Shown piece by piece: positions 49,037 through 59,909 of a stretch of DNA of 64,000 bases. The stretch lies in contig JAXMOL010000037.1 of assembly GCA_034669905.1 (NCBI GenBank), positions 1 through 64,000 of the forward strand. The letters run 5' to 3'. The DNA comes from Candidatus Hydrogenedentota bacterium. Lineage in GTDB: Bacteria > Hydrogenedentota > Hydrogenedentia > Hydrogenedentales > JAEUWI01. A program made the position numbers and the translations under genes. Each line of letters starts with the position of its first letter. Positions within the stretch are counted from its first letter, which is position 1. The notes below the pieces were generated by a model. That model saw only the letters and a list, made by a program, of their open reading frames with translations, did no database searches and was not told the origin of the DNA.

Positions 49037-50332
49037 CTAGAAGAAGTAACGTCCGAAGAAGGAGCCGATGCCATGCACCACCGTGCCAATGGCGCCACGG
49101 CGCACTTCGATGCGTCCATTGCGTGCCGCTGCCCGGTACTCGAAGCCATGACGCGCCACACCCACCACGGGCGTGAAGGACGACGACTGGACCGGTTGGG
49201 GCATGAGGTCAATACCGTCGGGCAGTCCCCGGCGGGCCGGCACCTGGAAGACCGCTTCGGCCAGCCGCTCCTGATTGCGGATGGCGGCGGCGCCCCCGGT
49301 CAGGATGATGCCCCGGACGAGGTGTTTGGAGAGTCCCCGGGAGTTAATGTATTGGTGGACCTTCTGGAGCAGTTCCCGAGAACGCTCATAGATGATCATT
49401 TCGAGCACATCCCGATCCACGATGGCGGGGGCCCCGTGGACGGCACTCTTGAGCTTAATCTGGGGGGAGCGGCCCGATGTGTTTTCGTCCGTCACGTCGT
49501 CGGTGTCGACTTCCTCGTCCATCTCCCGCTGGATGAGGGCTTCTGACAGGCCGTATTCGAGGACCAGTTCATCGGCCTCTTCGAAGGAGACATGGAGCCC
49601 TGCGGCGACGTCGCGGGTGATATGAAAGCCACCCCAATCGAAGCACTGGGTGGTGAGGATACGGCGGTCCCGGTACATGGCGAGGCTGGTGGTGCTCCGT
49701 CCCATGTCGAGGATGGCGACGCCCAACTCCCGGTCTTCGGGGGTGAGACACCCGAGGCCAGCGGCGAGGGGCAGGAAGACCATGTCTTCCAGCTCGCGGC
49801 CCTGGGATTCGATGCAGGTGACGATATTGTCTTCGATGACCGAAGGGATTTGTGCGAAGTGGACCCGGGTCTTGAGGATGCTGCCGCGAATGCCCACGGG
49901 ATCGCTGACCCGCAGGTCGTCGACATACCACTCCTGCGAGGTAATGGAAGAGATGACGTGTTTGCCCGGCGCGAGGATATCGCGGGACGCGAGATCGAGG
50001 GCTTCTTCCAGGTGGGGCAGTTCGACGACGTCTCGGTCGAGTTTTACGTTACCTTCGCGTATGAAGGATTCCACGTTGGTGCCGCTGAGGCCGCAGAAGA
50101 GGGAAGCGACCTTCACACCGGCTTCTTTCTCGGCAGCGTGGAGGGCTTGTTTCAGGGCACGCTGGGCCGCACTCAGATCCTGGATAAGGCCCTGGGAGAC
50201 ACAGCCGCGCCCCTGGGCAATGCCGTGGCCCAGAATCTGCACGGTACCGTCATGGCCTTCCAGCGCGATAATGACGCGGACTTCACGGGAGCCGAAATCT
50301 ACGGCCCCGACAATCTCACCTTTTCTGGCCAC
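49037..50332 (-). CDS. ftsA: Cell division protein FtsA
   Basis: DFGS, GG.HIT.DVA, GIILTGG, C-terminal amphipathic helix (GIGSFFGRYFF). Confidence 0.88.
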   Translation of the reverse strand: MARKGEIVGAVDFGSREVRVIIALEGHDGTVQILGHGIAQGRGCVSQGLIQDLSAAQRALKQALHAAEKEAGVKVASLFCGLSGTNVESFIREGNVKLDRDVVELPHLEEALDLASRDILAPGKHVISSITSQEWYVDDLRVSDPVGIRGSILKTRVHFAQIPSVIEDNIVTCIESQGRELEDMVFLPLAAGLGCLTPEDRELGVAILDMGRSTTSLAMYRDRRILTTQCFDWGGFHITRDVAAGLHVSFEEADELVLEYGLSEALIQREMDEEVDTDDVTDENTSGRSPQIKLKSAVHGAPAIVDRDVLEMIIYERSRELLQKVHQYINSRGLSKHLVRGIILTGGAAAIRNQERLAEAVFQVPARRGLPDGIDLMPQPVQSSSFTPVVGVARHGFEYRAAARNGRIEVRRGAIGTVVHGIGSFFGRYFF

Positions 50333-50413
50333 GATGCGGCCCTTTCTTCCTGTTAGGTAGCTGCCCGTTGCCGTGTGGCCTATCGGGTCGGATCACCGGT
50401 CACTTCGAGATAC

Positions 50414-52441
50414 TTATTCCCCGTGTTCGTCATGTCCATCGTGGTGTTCCCCCGAATCCGACGCCTCTGATTCCGGAGTCTCGGGCCCGTCCTCTGCCGG
50501 GGGCTCGCCACCCCCCATGAGGGCAATGGTTTTTTCAATATCGGCTACCGAGCTTTCCCGGTTGGCGAGTTCTTTGTGAATGGCTTCCAGATCCGCTTCA
50601 TGGGTGCCGCCACGGGCGTGGAGTTTTTCTACACGCTCCCGGGCACTGTCCAGATTCTCACGGGCACCGCCCTCTTCTTCCTGAAGTGCGTCGATTTCAG
50701 CCTGCATCCGGCTTTCTTCGGCCAGGGTGTCATCGAGGGTGGTTTGTCGTTCGGCCAGGCGCTGGCGTTCTTCTTCGCGACGGGCTTCCAGTTCGGCAAT
50801 CTGGCGGTCCAGGTCGGCCACGGCACCTTCGACGCCGGCCACTTCTTCGCGAAGTTGCTGCACGTGTTCCCGCTTGCCATCGAAATCCTGCTGGGATTGG
50901 GCAATCTGTTCTTCGAGTGCGCGGAGCCGCTCTTCGGCATCGCTCACCGCCTGTTCGGCATGGGTGACTTCTTCCACGTTGGCGTCGATCTGCGCCTTGA
51001 TATCCTGGGCCTTGGCCGCCACCTGTTCGGCTTCGAGGCGGGCCATATTGGCGGCCAGCTGGAGGGCGAAGACTTTGGCGTCGGATACATTGCCCAAGGC
51101 CATCGCCTGTTGGGCCGTCTTCCAGAGGGCTTCCGGTGTGCCGGGTTCGGGCTCCGGTTCCGCCGGCGGCGCCGGGGCCACGGGGGCCGCTTCCTCCACA
51201 ACCGGTTCCGGCGTGATTTCTTCCACGGGGAGTTCCGCGGCAGGCGCGCTTTCCACGGGTGTTTCCTCTACAGGAGCCTCGTCCGCAGGCGCTTCGTCGA
51301 TCGGTGTTTCCTCAACGGGGTCGGTCGCGCTTTCCACGGAAGGTTCTTCCGCTACGGGCGCTTCGACAGCTTCGTCTTGCTCACCGCCAAAGGCCGTGCC
51401 GAAAAGCTCGTCTTCGGCCGCGGTGGCCGGCGTGGCCGGGGACTCTTCCGCATCGAATATAGACGGGGCGTCGGGCGTGTCGGCCGGCTCATCGGCCGTA
51501 AAGTCGTTGCTCAGTGAATAGTCGGCTTCCCCGGTGGGGGCGTCGGCCTGCCCGACGAACTCGTCCAGCTTGGGAGCGGCCGTCAACTCTTCGTCATGGG
51601 CCTCGTCGGCCACGGTGCCAAAGGGCGACGGGCTTTCGGGCGGATCCGAGAAGGGGTCCACATCGTGTGCCGGCATTTCGTCGGAGACCTGATCGAGGGG
51701 CGTGGATTCGCCAAAGGTGCCCGCTCCACCCCCGATCAATTCATCAAAGGCGCTGCCATTGGCACCGGCGGGTTTTGGGGCCGGTTCCGGCGCGGCTTCC
51801 TGGGCGAAGGGGTCTGGCGTCTCAAATTCGTGGCGGGTTAAGTCTTCCACGTCATCGCCCTGGCTTTCCCGATCCCGTGTGGATTCGTCGTCCACGAGGG
51901 TCAGGCCCAGGGTGGCGAGATCATTGAGGGCGCGCTCATAGCGTTCGTGCCATTTTTTCATGACTCCGGAGCGCACGTTGTCTACGATCAGATCACCCAC
52001 CATCAGGCAGAGAATTTCGTAGCTGTCCTTCAGGAAGGCGACACAGTCTGCGGCCATTCCTGCGTCTTCATAGGTCTGGAGGACACGGGCCGTATCGGTA
52101 AGGGCTTCCTTCACGTCGGCCCATCCCTCATTGAGGGCGATTTCGATGCCCACGATGAGCTGATTCATACACTCGTCGCACCAGTTTTCCTGGGGGGCAC
52201 CCTCTTCGGCGCGGTTCACCTGGCGCTGGAAACGGCCCAGGGACGTCAAGAGCCGTTGCGTCGGGTCGCCCGCGACCATGGATTCTTCCGGGGCTGGGGG
52301 TGTCATGACCATCTCCTCATCATAGGTGTCTTCCGGCGTCGGGGCCGGGGCCAGGGGGCTGGGGGTGTCGTTCGTGGCACGTTCACCAAAAAAACGACGG
52401 CCCGCCGCCGCCAGATTTCGGGTCTTCTTTCCAAATCGCAC
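50414..52441 (-). CDS. Large acidic protein: helical N-domain, Pro/Glu/Ala-rich linker, long coiled coil
   Basis: GGAGG 8 nt before GTG 52441; composition and heptad pattern. Confidence 0.8.
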   Translation of the reverse strand: MRFGKKTRNLAAAGRRFFGERATNDTPSPLAPAPTPEDTYDEEMVMTPPAPEESMVAGDPTQRLLTSLGRFQRQVNRAEEGAPQENWCDECMNQLIVGIEIALNEGWADVKEALTDTARVLQTYEDAGMAADCVAFLKDSYEILCLMVGDLIVDNVRSGVMKKWHERYERALNDLATLGLTLVDDESTRDRESQGDDVEDLTRHEFETPDPFAQEAAPEPAPKPAGANGSAFDELIGGGAGTFGESTPLDQVSDEMPAHDVDPFSDPPESPSPFGTVADEAHDEELTAAPKLDEFVGQADAPTGEADYSLSNDFTADEPADTPDAPSIFDAEESPATPATAAEDELFGTAFGGEQDEAVEAPVAEEPSVESATDPVEETPIDEAPADEAPVEETPVESAPAAELPVEEITPEPVVEEAAPVAPAPPAEPEPEPGTPEALWKTAQQAMALGNVSDAKVFALQLAANMARLEAEQVAAKAQDIKAQIDANVEEVTHAEQAVSDAEERLRALEEQIAQSQQDFDGKREHVQQLREEVAGVEGAVADLDRQIAELEARREEERQRLAERQTTLDDTLAEESRMQAEIDALQEEEGGARENLDSARERVEKLHARGGTHEADLEAIHKELANRESSVADIEKTIALMGGGEPPAEDGPETPESEASDSGEHHDGHDEHGE

Positions 52442-52737
52442 CGTGTGCACCTCCAAACGGCCATTGTAACACAGGCATGATAGGGAGGCAATACATGTTG
52501 TGGTTTGGGCCTCCATACCGTAAGCTATCATACCAAATAGGCGCGCCGCGATGGTGTGCGTGCCTGCGTCCGGCTCATTGACCCCGTTGGGCTTTCGGCG
52601 AGAGGGGCCCGGCAAGGGCACCGTAAGTCCGTGTCGACCGCGTTTGGAGACCGGTTTGGGGGTCGGTAGTTCGGGCAGTAGGAAGGGGCGTTTGATAGCC
52701 TTTTGATCGTGGCGAGGTGGGCGATGGGGAGGGGAAT

Positions 52738-52767
52738 TTGACAAAGGCGGTGATCAGTCGGTATGAT
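52738..52767 (+). promoter_or_regulatory. Sigma70 promoter of rpsD
   Basis: TTGACA-18 bp-TATGAT. Confidence 0.75.
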
Positions 52768-52896
52768 ACGCAACTCTTCAAATATGGCAGGGACAAGTAT
52801 GTCTGATTGCGCCTGCCGAAAACCGATGCATTACCGGATCAGACAGGGCGAAACAATTTGTTAGCCCGTCCAACGAAAAGGAAATACGCGAGCGCT

Positions 52897-53505
52897 ATGG
52901 GCAAGTATCTTGGACCCAAACACAAACTTTGCCGCCGCCTTGGATCTTGTATCTGGGGAAGTGCGAAATGCCCCTCTAACAAGCGTCCATACGCCCCCGG
53001 ACAACACGGTCAGAACATGCGCCGGAAGATGTCTGTCTACGGTGTGCAGCTGTTAGAGAAGCAGAAAATCCGTACGCACTACGGTCTGATGGAACGTCAG
53101 ATGCGTAAGACGTTCAAAGAAGCCCAACGTATGGGTGGTGTTACGGGTACGAACCTGCTGATGCTTCTGGAATCCCGTTTGGATTGCATTTGCTTCCGTC
53201 TTGGCTACGCCCCCACCATCTCCGGTGCCCGGCAGCTGGTCAACCACGGCCACATCCTGGTCGACGGCAAGAAGGTGGACATTCCTTCTTTCCGCGTGAA
53301 GCCCGGCATGACGATTGGCATCCGTGAGCGGAGCAAGAAGGTTCCGGTCATCATGGAAGGCGTGGAGCATCCTCCCGTGGCGATTCCGGAATACCTGGAT
53401 CGTCCCGCGAAGTCTTTCGAAGGCCGCATGACTGCCGTACCGAATGCAGAAACCCTCCCCTTCCAGCCGGAAACGGCCGGGGTCATTGGTTTCTATTCCC
53501 GCTAA
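52897..53505 (+). CDS. rpsD: 30S ribosomal protein S4
   Basis: PGQHG, QLLEKQK, LESRLD, ARQLVNHGH, VDIPSF, FYSR. Confidence 0.97.
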   Translation: MGKYLGPKHKLCRRLGSCIWGSAKCPSNKRPYAPGQHGQNMRRKMSVYGVQLLEKQKIRTHYGLMERQMRKTFKEAQRMGGVTGTNLLMLLESRLDCICFRLGYAPTISGARQLVNHGHILVDGKKVDIPSFRVKPGMTIGIRERSKKVPVIMEGVEHPPVAIPEYLDRPAKSFEGRMTAVPNAETLPFQPETAGVIGFYSR

Positions 53506-53539
53506 TCGGGATTGTCATAGCAGACAGCCATATTCCATG

Positions 53540-53575
53540 CGGCGGGCCCCTTATTTGAGTGGCCCGCCGGTTTTT
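53540..53575 (+). terminator. rpsD terminator
   Basis: cggcgggcc...ggcccgccg followed by gttttt. Confidence 0.75.
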
Positions 53576-53631
53576 GTGTGCCCCTACGCGGGTGGAATCG
53601 AAATTTGAGCGCGAAGCGCAGAGATCGAAAC

Positions 53632-54906
53632 ATGAGCATTGACATCGTTGTGGGCGCCAATTGGGGCGATGAAGGTAAGGGGCGGATGGTAGATTACCTC
53701 GCCCAGAATGCAGATTACGTGGTGCGGTTCCAGGGCGGCAACAACGCCGGCCATACCGTGGTCAATGAATTCGGCACCTTCAAGCTTCACCTTCTGCCCT
53801 CGGGCGTGTTCAATCCCAAGGTCACCAATATCCTGGGGCCGGGCATGGTCATCGATCTGCAGGGACTCGCCGAAGAATTGGCGGACCTCAAGTCCCGGGG
53901 GATTTCTCCCACGATTCGTGTGTCGGATCGGGCGACGATCTGCTTTCCCTTCCACCGGCTGCAGGATGGCTGGGAAGAGGAGCGGCTGGGTGCCAAGGCC
54001 TATGGCTCGACGCGCCGTGGCATTGCGCCGGCCTACGGGGATCGCACGGTAAAAAAGGGCATCCAGATCGGCGAATTGCTCTATCCCGAACGCCTGAAAG
54101 AGCGTTTGGCCCACATCATCGAATACAAGGAACTCCAATCTTCTCTCTATGGGAAGAATGGGGCCATCAGCCTCGAAGAAACCCTCGCCTGGGTCGATAA
54201 ATATGGGGCGGCCGTCCGCGATATGATCTGCGATACCACGGTGCTCCTCGATGACGCCGCAAAAGCCGGCAAAAACATTCTTTTCGAAGCCCAGCTCGGC
54301 ACGCTCCGTGACCTGAACTTCGGTATTTACCCCTACACCACCTCCTCCTGCGCGCTTGCCGCCTATGCGCCCGTCGGTGGCGGCCTCTTCGGTCACAATC
54401 TTGATCGGGTGCTGGGTGTGGTCAAGGCCTTCTCGACCTGCGTCGGCGAAGGCCCCTTCGTCACGCGGATGGATGAGAGCGACGGCGATACGCTCCGTGA
54501 AACGGCGGAAGAGTATGGCGCGGCAACCGGGCGTCCCCGGACCATTGGCCATTTCGATTCCGTGGCTACGCGCTATGGCGTGCGCATCCAGGGGGCGACG
54601 GAAGTGGCCCTGACCAAGCTGGACAGTCTGAGCGGTCTGTCGACCCTGAAAATCTGCAAGCAGTATGATTTCAAGGGCGAGAAGATCGACAATTTCCCCA
54701 TCAATGCCGTGTTGGATGAGTCCACGCCCGTGTATATGGAGATGCCCGGCTGGGCGGAAGACATTACCAAGGTACGGACTTTCAGTGACCTGCCCCAGAC
54801 CGCACAGGACTACGTGCTCGAAATCGAGAAGCAGATTGCCTGTCGCATTCGCTACGTGTCGGTTGGCCCCGAGCGGGAATCGCTCATCGACCGCGGCGAA
54901 GGCTGA
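53632..54906 (+). CDS. purA: Adenylosuccinate synthetase
   Basis: WGDEGKG, GGNNAGHT, TGRPR, TKLD, VSVGP. Confidence 0.96.
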   Translation: MSIDIVVGANWGDEGKGRMVDYLAQNADYVVRFQGGNNAGHTVVNEFGTFKLHLLPSGVFNPKVTNILGPGMVIDLQGLAEELADLKSRGISPTIRVSDRATICFPFHRLQDGWEEERLGAKAYGSTRRGIAPAYGDRTVKKGIQIGELLYPERLKERLAHIIEYKELQSSLYGKNGAISLEETLAWVDKYGAAVRDMICDTTVLLDDAAKAGKNILFEAQLGTLRDLNFGIYPYTTSSCALAAYAPVGGGLFGHNLDRVLGVVKAFSTCVGEGPFVTRMDESDGDTLRETAEEYGAATGRPRTIGHFDSVATRYGVRIQGATEVALTKLDSLSGLSTLKICKQYDFKGEKIDNFPINAVLDESTPVYMEMPGWAEDITKVRTFSDLPQTAQDYVLEIEKQIACRIRYVSVGPERESLIDRGEG

Positions 54907-55029
54907 GACGACCGGGGATTACGGACACGGGGCATTGCGGCGTGGATGCGTTGGCCCCCGGCCCCACCACGGGGGCGTGCGGTCCGTCTGCCATCCGGGC
55001 GATGAAACCAGAGACCGGAAACGAAAATC

Positions 55030-58000
55030 ATGGCGGTAGCCTTACCCACATTCAGTCGGGTGGAAGAGATTGCGCAGCAACTGCGGCGCAACGATACGCC
55101 CCATGTCGAAATCGTGGGGCCCTGGGGTTCGGGTAAGACCCTGATGGCGCTTCAGGTGGCGGCCCAGCTCAAGGCGCCGCTCCTTTTTCTGACGGCGGGG
55201 CGACTCGAGGCCGAGGGCATTCATGATGATTTGAGCACCTTCGGGGACGAAGATGAGTCGGCCCTTTTTCCTGCCTGGGAAGTCCTGCCCAGCGATACCA
55301 TGAATCCGGCGGACGACATCGTCGCCGAACGCATGAACACCCTCAAACGCCTTTCGGCCGCACAGGATGCCGGTACCCCAATGCGCGCGGTAGCGCCCTT
55401 GCGTGCCCTGCTCCAGTATGTGGTGAACCGCAAACGGCTCGCCGAAGACAGCATGATTCTCGCGGTGGGCGAAGAATACGAATTGGATACCCTGCTGACC
55501 CGCTTCGTTTCCATGGGCTACAACCGGGAAACCATGGTGGAGCACCGGGGAGATATCAGTGTCCGCGGCGGCATTCTCGATGTCTTTCCCATCTCCAGCG
55601 AGCTGCCCTACCGGGTCGAGTTTTTTGGTGATGAGATCGATTCCATTCGTCGCTTCGAGCCGGAGACCCAGCGCAGTGTCTCTCAGGAAGACGAACTGCA
55701 GATTCTTCCCCGTTCGGAAAAGGCCCTGCTCTCGGGGCATGGTGCGGCGGATCAGTTTACGGCCCTGACGGACTACTTTCCCAAAGAAACGATCATTGTG
55801 CTCGATGAGCCCCTGCGCCTCGAAGAGACGGCCCAGGAGCTGACGGAGCAGTTGCACGGCAGCGCCCACCATCTCCCCTGGGATGAGGCGAAGGAAAAGC
55901 TGGCCAAGTTCAAACAGATCCGCATTGCCCAGATTGGTTATGAGCGGCAGGATGACGCACCCCGTTTCAACCTGCCCATGCAATCCATCACCGGGTGGGC
56001 CGGTCACAGTGGGGACTTCTGGGAGCAACTCAAGCATTGGGACCTGGAAGGGTTTACGGTGCAGTTGCTGTGTGTAAACACGGGGGAACGCCGGCGTCTG
56101 TTTGAGTTGCTTGAAGAGCAGGGTTATCGCCCCGGCGAGGACGCCTTCGATCTTCGGGTGTCTATCGGGCGACTCCAGGCGGGCTTTACGGCCAACGCGG
56201 AGAAGCTCGCCGTCCTCAGTGAACGGGAAATGTTTGGCCGTCACTATATGCGGCGGAAACGCCGGCGTTTCGAAGCGGGCCAGACCATCACCCAGTTCAG
56301 CGACCTCAAAGTGGGGGATTACATCGTCCACGTGGACAACGGGATCGGGCGCTATGTGGGGCTCCGTCGAATTCAGGGCAAAATGGGCGACTATATGACG
56401 ATCCAGTATGCGGGGAGCGATGTGATGTACATCCCCGTATCCCAGATCGACACGGTGCAGAAGTATTCCGGGGGCGACGGGGCCGTGCCCAAGGTAGATC
56501 GTCTGGGAGGCAAGACGTGGGCCAAGAAAAAGGCCAGCGTCAAGAAGGCGGTCAAGGATATGACCGAGGAGCTTGTGAAGCTCTATGCCGCCCGGGAAGA
56601 AAACGACGGCCATGCCTTCATGCCCGACACCCCCTGGCAACGGGAATTTGAAGACGCCTTTGAATACGATGAGACGCCCGATCAGGCCCGGGCCATTGAT
56701 GATATCAAGCGCGATATGGAGTCCCCCCGGCCCATGGATCGCCTGCTTTGCGGCGATGTGGGTTATGGTAAGACCGAAGTGGCCCTGCGCGCGGCTTTCA
56801 AGGCGGTGATGGACGGGAAGCAGGTGGCCATGTTGGCACCCACGACCGTCTTGACCCAACAGCACTTTCAGACCTTCAGCGAGCGCATGGCCGACTTTCC
56901 GGTGCGCATTGGTTTGTTGAACCGTTTTCGGACGGCCAAGCAGCAGCGTGAAACCATCGACCAGGTGAAGGCGGGCGAGATTGATGTGCTGGTAGGCACG
57001 CACCGCCTCACGTCGAAGGATGTAAATTTTAAAGACCTGGGCCTTGTGATTATCGACGAGGAACAGCGCTTTGGCGTGGCGGTGAAAGAGCGCCTCAAAC
57101 AGCTCCGGATCCACGTCGACGTCTTGACCCTTTCGGCCACACCCATTCCCCGTACCCTGCACTTTTCGCTCATTGGGGTGCGTGATATGAGCCTGATCAA
57201 CACGGCACCCAATGACCGCTTGCCCATCCACACCGCCATCGAAGCGTGGGATTCACGGGTGGTGCAGGAGGCCATCACGCGCGAACTGGCCCGGGAAGGG
57301 CAGGTATTCTTTCTGCATAACCGGGTCCAGACCATTGATCGGGTGGCCGCCCAGATTAACAAGCTGGTCCCCCGGGCGCGGGTGGGAATCGGGCATGGTC
57401 AAATGGCCAAGCACGAACTCGAAGATATCATGTCGGATTTCATCCACAAGAAGATTGACGTCCTCGTGTGCACGACCATTATCGGGTCGGGTATTGATAT
57501 TCCCAACGCCAACACCATTATTGTGGACCGGGCCGACACCTTTGGGCTGGGTGAGTTGTATCAGATCCGTGGCCGGGTCGGCCGTTATAAGCACCGGGCC
57601 TTTGCCTACCTGCTGATACCGGGGGATAAGGCTTTGAGTGAAGACGCCCAGCAGCGCCTCAAGGCCCTCGAAGACTTTTCCTCCCTCGGCTCAGGCTTTC
57701 GGATTGCCATGCGCGACCTGGAGATCCGCGGTTGCGGTAACATTCTCGGCGCCGAGCAGAGTGGCAGTATTGCCGCGGTGGGTTACGAGACCTACAAGGA
57801 CCTGATTGCCGAGGCCATCGCGGAGCACAAGGGGCAGCCCATCCGCAAGCGGAATCTGCCGCCCTTCGACCTTCAGATTGACACCTATATCCCCGATGCC
57901 TATGTGGCGACGGCCCAGCAGAAGATGACCCTCTACCGCCGTATCGCCGGGGTCCAGTCGCCCGAAGAAGTGGCCGAGCTGCGCGCCGAGTTGAAAGACC

Positions 58001-58293
58001 GTTTCGGACCGCCGCCCGGGCCGGTGCGCCGCCTGCTCGACGTGATGCATGTGCGTGCCCTGGCGGGTGAGGCGGGCATCAAAGGGGTGGTGGCGACCCA
58101 GAAGAACGTGGTGCTCCGCTTTGAGGCGAGCCGCTTTCCCGATAAGCAGATGCAGAATCGGCTCTACCAGAAGTTCGGCGATGCCCTCGAGTTCTCGTGG
58201 CGCGATGACCCGGCCATTACCTGTGCGGTCGATGAAAGCAGCGGTGACGCCTGTGCCACGGCGGCGGCCCTCCTGACCGAACTGGTGGAGTAG
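55030..58293 (+). CDS. mfd: Transcription-repair coupling factor
   Basis: RGGILD, CGDVGYGKTEVA, DEEQRFG, SATPIPRT, QIRGRVGR, DLEIRG. Confidence 0.96.
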   Translation: MAVALPTFSRVEEIAQQLRRNDTPHVEIVGPWGSGKTLMALQVAAQLKAPLLFLTAGRLEAEGIHDDLSTFGDEDESALFPAWEVLPSDTMNPADDIVAERMNTLKRLSAAQDAGTPMRAVAPLRALLQYVVNRKRLAEDSMILAVGEEYELDTLLTRFVSMGYNRETMVEHRGDISVRGGILDVFPISSELPYRVEFFGDEIDSIRRFEPETQRSVSQEDELQILPRSEKALLSGHGAADQFTALTDYFPKETIIVLDEPLRLEETAQELTEQLHGSAHHLPWDEAKEKLAKFKQIRIAQIGYERQDDAPRFNLPMQSITGWAGHSGDFWEQLKHWDLEGFTVQLLCVNTGERRRLFELLEEQGYRPGEDAFDLRVSIGRLQAGFTANAEKLAVLSEREMFGRHYMRRKRRRFEAGQTITQFSDLKVGDYIVHVDNGIGRYVGLRRIQGKMGDYMTIQYAGSDVMYIPVSQIDTVQKYSGGDGAVPKVDRLGGKTWAKKKASVKKAVKDMTEELVKLYAAREENDGHAFMPDTPWQREFEDAFEYDETPDQARAIDDIKRDMESPRPMDRLLCGDVGYGKTEVALRAAFKAVMDGKQVAMLAPTTVLTQQHFQTFSERMADFPVRIGLLNRFRTAKQQRETIDQVKAGEIDVLVGTHRLTSKDVNFKDLGLVIIDEEQRFGVAVKERLKQLRIHVDVLTLSATPIPRTLHFSLIGVRDMSLINTAPNDRLPIHTAIEAWDSRVVQEAITRELAREGQVFFLHNRVQTIDRVAAQINKLVPRARVGIGHGQMAKHELEDIMSDFIHKKIDVLVCTTIIGSGIDIPNANTIIVDRADTFGLGELYQIRGRVGRYKHRAFAYLLIPGDKALSEDAQQRLKALEDFSSLGSGFRIAMRDLEIRGCGNILGAEQSGSIAAVGYETYKDLIAEAIAEHKGQPIRKRNLPPFDLQIDTYIPDAYVATAQQKMTLYRRIAGVQSPEEVAELRAELKDRFGPPPGPVRRLLDVMHVRALAGEAGIKGVVATQKNVVLRFEASRFPDKQMQNRLYQKFGDALEFSWRDDPAITCAVDESSGDACATAAALLTELVE

Positions 58294-58391
58294 GGGTACT
58301 TACAAAATTCGACATCATACCTGCGGTGTAGTACTGTATGCGGGGATTGAAAACCGGGTGGAACGCAGGTTCCGAGAGGAGATACTGGCTC

Positions 58392-59525
58392 ATGAAAACG
58401 CCTTACCACGCCGCCTGTCTTGGGGCATTTACGGCTGTGATGCTGCTCAGCACCATCACGGCCTCAGCAGACAAAGGGAACACCATGGGTATCGAAGTGA
58501 CGCCCTATGGCACCACCAGCGACGGTGTTGCGGTGCAACAATTCACCCTCACCAACACCAACGGGTTGAAGGCCGTGCTCATCGAATATGGCGCGACCCT
58601 CGTCTCCCTGGAAACGCCGGACCGGGATGGCACCCTGGCGAACATTACCCTGGGATGTCCGGATCTGGCGAGTTATGAAGCCAACAGCCCCTACTTCGGG
58701 GCCATTGCCGGGCGTTGTGCCAACCGGATTGCCAAGGGGAAATTCACCCTCGAAGGCACGGAATACACCCTGGCGATTAACAACGATCCCAACCACCTCC
58801 ATGGCGGGGTGAAGGGCTTTGACAAAGTCGTTTGGGCGGCGGAAGGGTTCACGACGGACAACGGCGTGGGGGTGAGGTTCACCTATGTCAGCAAGGACAT
58901 GGAAGAGGGCTACCCGGGCACGTTGACGAGTGTGGTGAAATACACCTTGAGCAACGACAATAAACTGAGCTTTGACTATGAAGCCACGACGGACAAGGCG
59001 ACAGTGGTCAATCTGACCCAGCACAGCTATTGGAACCTGGGGGGGCATGGTGCGGGCACGATCCTCGACCATGAGCTCATGATTAACGCGGCGAATTATA
59101 CGCCTGCCGATGAGACCTTTATCCCTACGGGTGAGATTGCCCCGGTGGCGGGTACGCCCGTGGATTTCACAGCACCCATTGCCATAGGTGCGCGTATCGA
59201 TCAGGTGCCGGGGGGCTATGACCTGAATTATGTGCTGAACGACACCTCCACCGACCTGCACCACGCGGCGACCGTTTCAGACCCGAAGACGGGGCGGGTG
59301 ATGGAGATTCATACGACGGAGCCGGGGATTCAGTTTTACTCGGGTAACTTCCTGGATGGCAGTTTCGAAGGTTTAGACGGGGTTATCTATCCCAAGCATA
59401 GTGGCTTCTGCCTGGAGACCCAACATTATCCCGACAGCATCAACAAGCCCGAATGGCCGACCGTGGTGTTGAAGCCCGGCGAAACCTACCGCCACCACAC
59501 GGTCCACACCTTCACGACGAAGTAA
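58392..59525 (+). CDS. galM: Aldose 1-epimerase with signal peptide
   Basis: GR.ANRI, HLHGG, NLTQHSYWNL, QFYSGN, CLETQHYPD. Confidence 0.94.
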   Translation: MKTPYHAACLGAFTAVMLLSTITASADKGNTMGIEVTPYGTTSDGVAVQQFTLTNTNGLKAVLIEYGATLVSLETPDRDGTLANITLGCPDLASYEANSPYFGAIAGRCANRIAKGKFTLEGTEYTLAINNDPNHLHGGVKGFDKVVWAAEGFTTDNGVGVRFTYVSKDMEEGYPGTLTSVVKYTLSNDNKLSFDYEATTDKATVVNLTQHSYWNLGGHGAGTILDHELMINAANYTPADETFIPTGEIAPVAGTPVDFTAPIAIGARIDQVPGGYDLNYVLNDTSTDLHHAATVSDPKTGRVMEIHTTEPGIQFYSGNFLDGSFEGLDGVIYPKHSGFCLETQHYPDSINKPEWPTVVLKPGETYRHHTVHTFTTK

Positions 59526-59550
59526 GGGGCATTAGCGAAAAGAATTCATC

Positions 59551-59579
59551 GGCAGACGCTTCGGCGTCTGCCTTTTTTG
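59551..59579 (+). terminator. Intrinsic terminator
   Basis: ggcagacgc-ttcg-gcgtctgcc followed by tttttt. Confidence 0.9.
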
Positions 59580-59909
59580 TGGGGACTGCCTCCGCGCCGC
59601 GACGTTTGGTCGGTGGGGTATGCGTGTTGGCGAACTCGAGGTCGTCGGATTGGGGTAAAGTGCGTAATAGCGGGGGCCGTCCCCCTCAACAAGAGATACC
59701 GGGGTGCCACCCTCAAGCAGAGGAGCGCAGCGGGGGAACCTTGTGGGTGGGTTGAACCCATGGCCCCTCTTGACAAGGTCAGGGGAGGGGGACAGCCCCG
59801 AATAGCCGGTATTCCGTACTGCTGCGGCGCGTATTGGTAAACCACGGGGTGTCACGGGCTACGGTGTCGACATCTATTCGGGGCAGTCCCCGGGGCAGTC
59901 CCCGTTCCG

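Noticed and set aside
53632..54906. Possible PurZ (Z-base synthesis)
   Set aside because: Keeps the GDEGKG aspartate of PurA and has no phage context; EAQLG is treated as a PurA variant.
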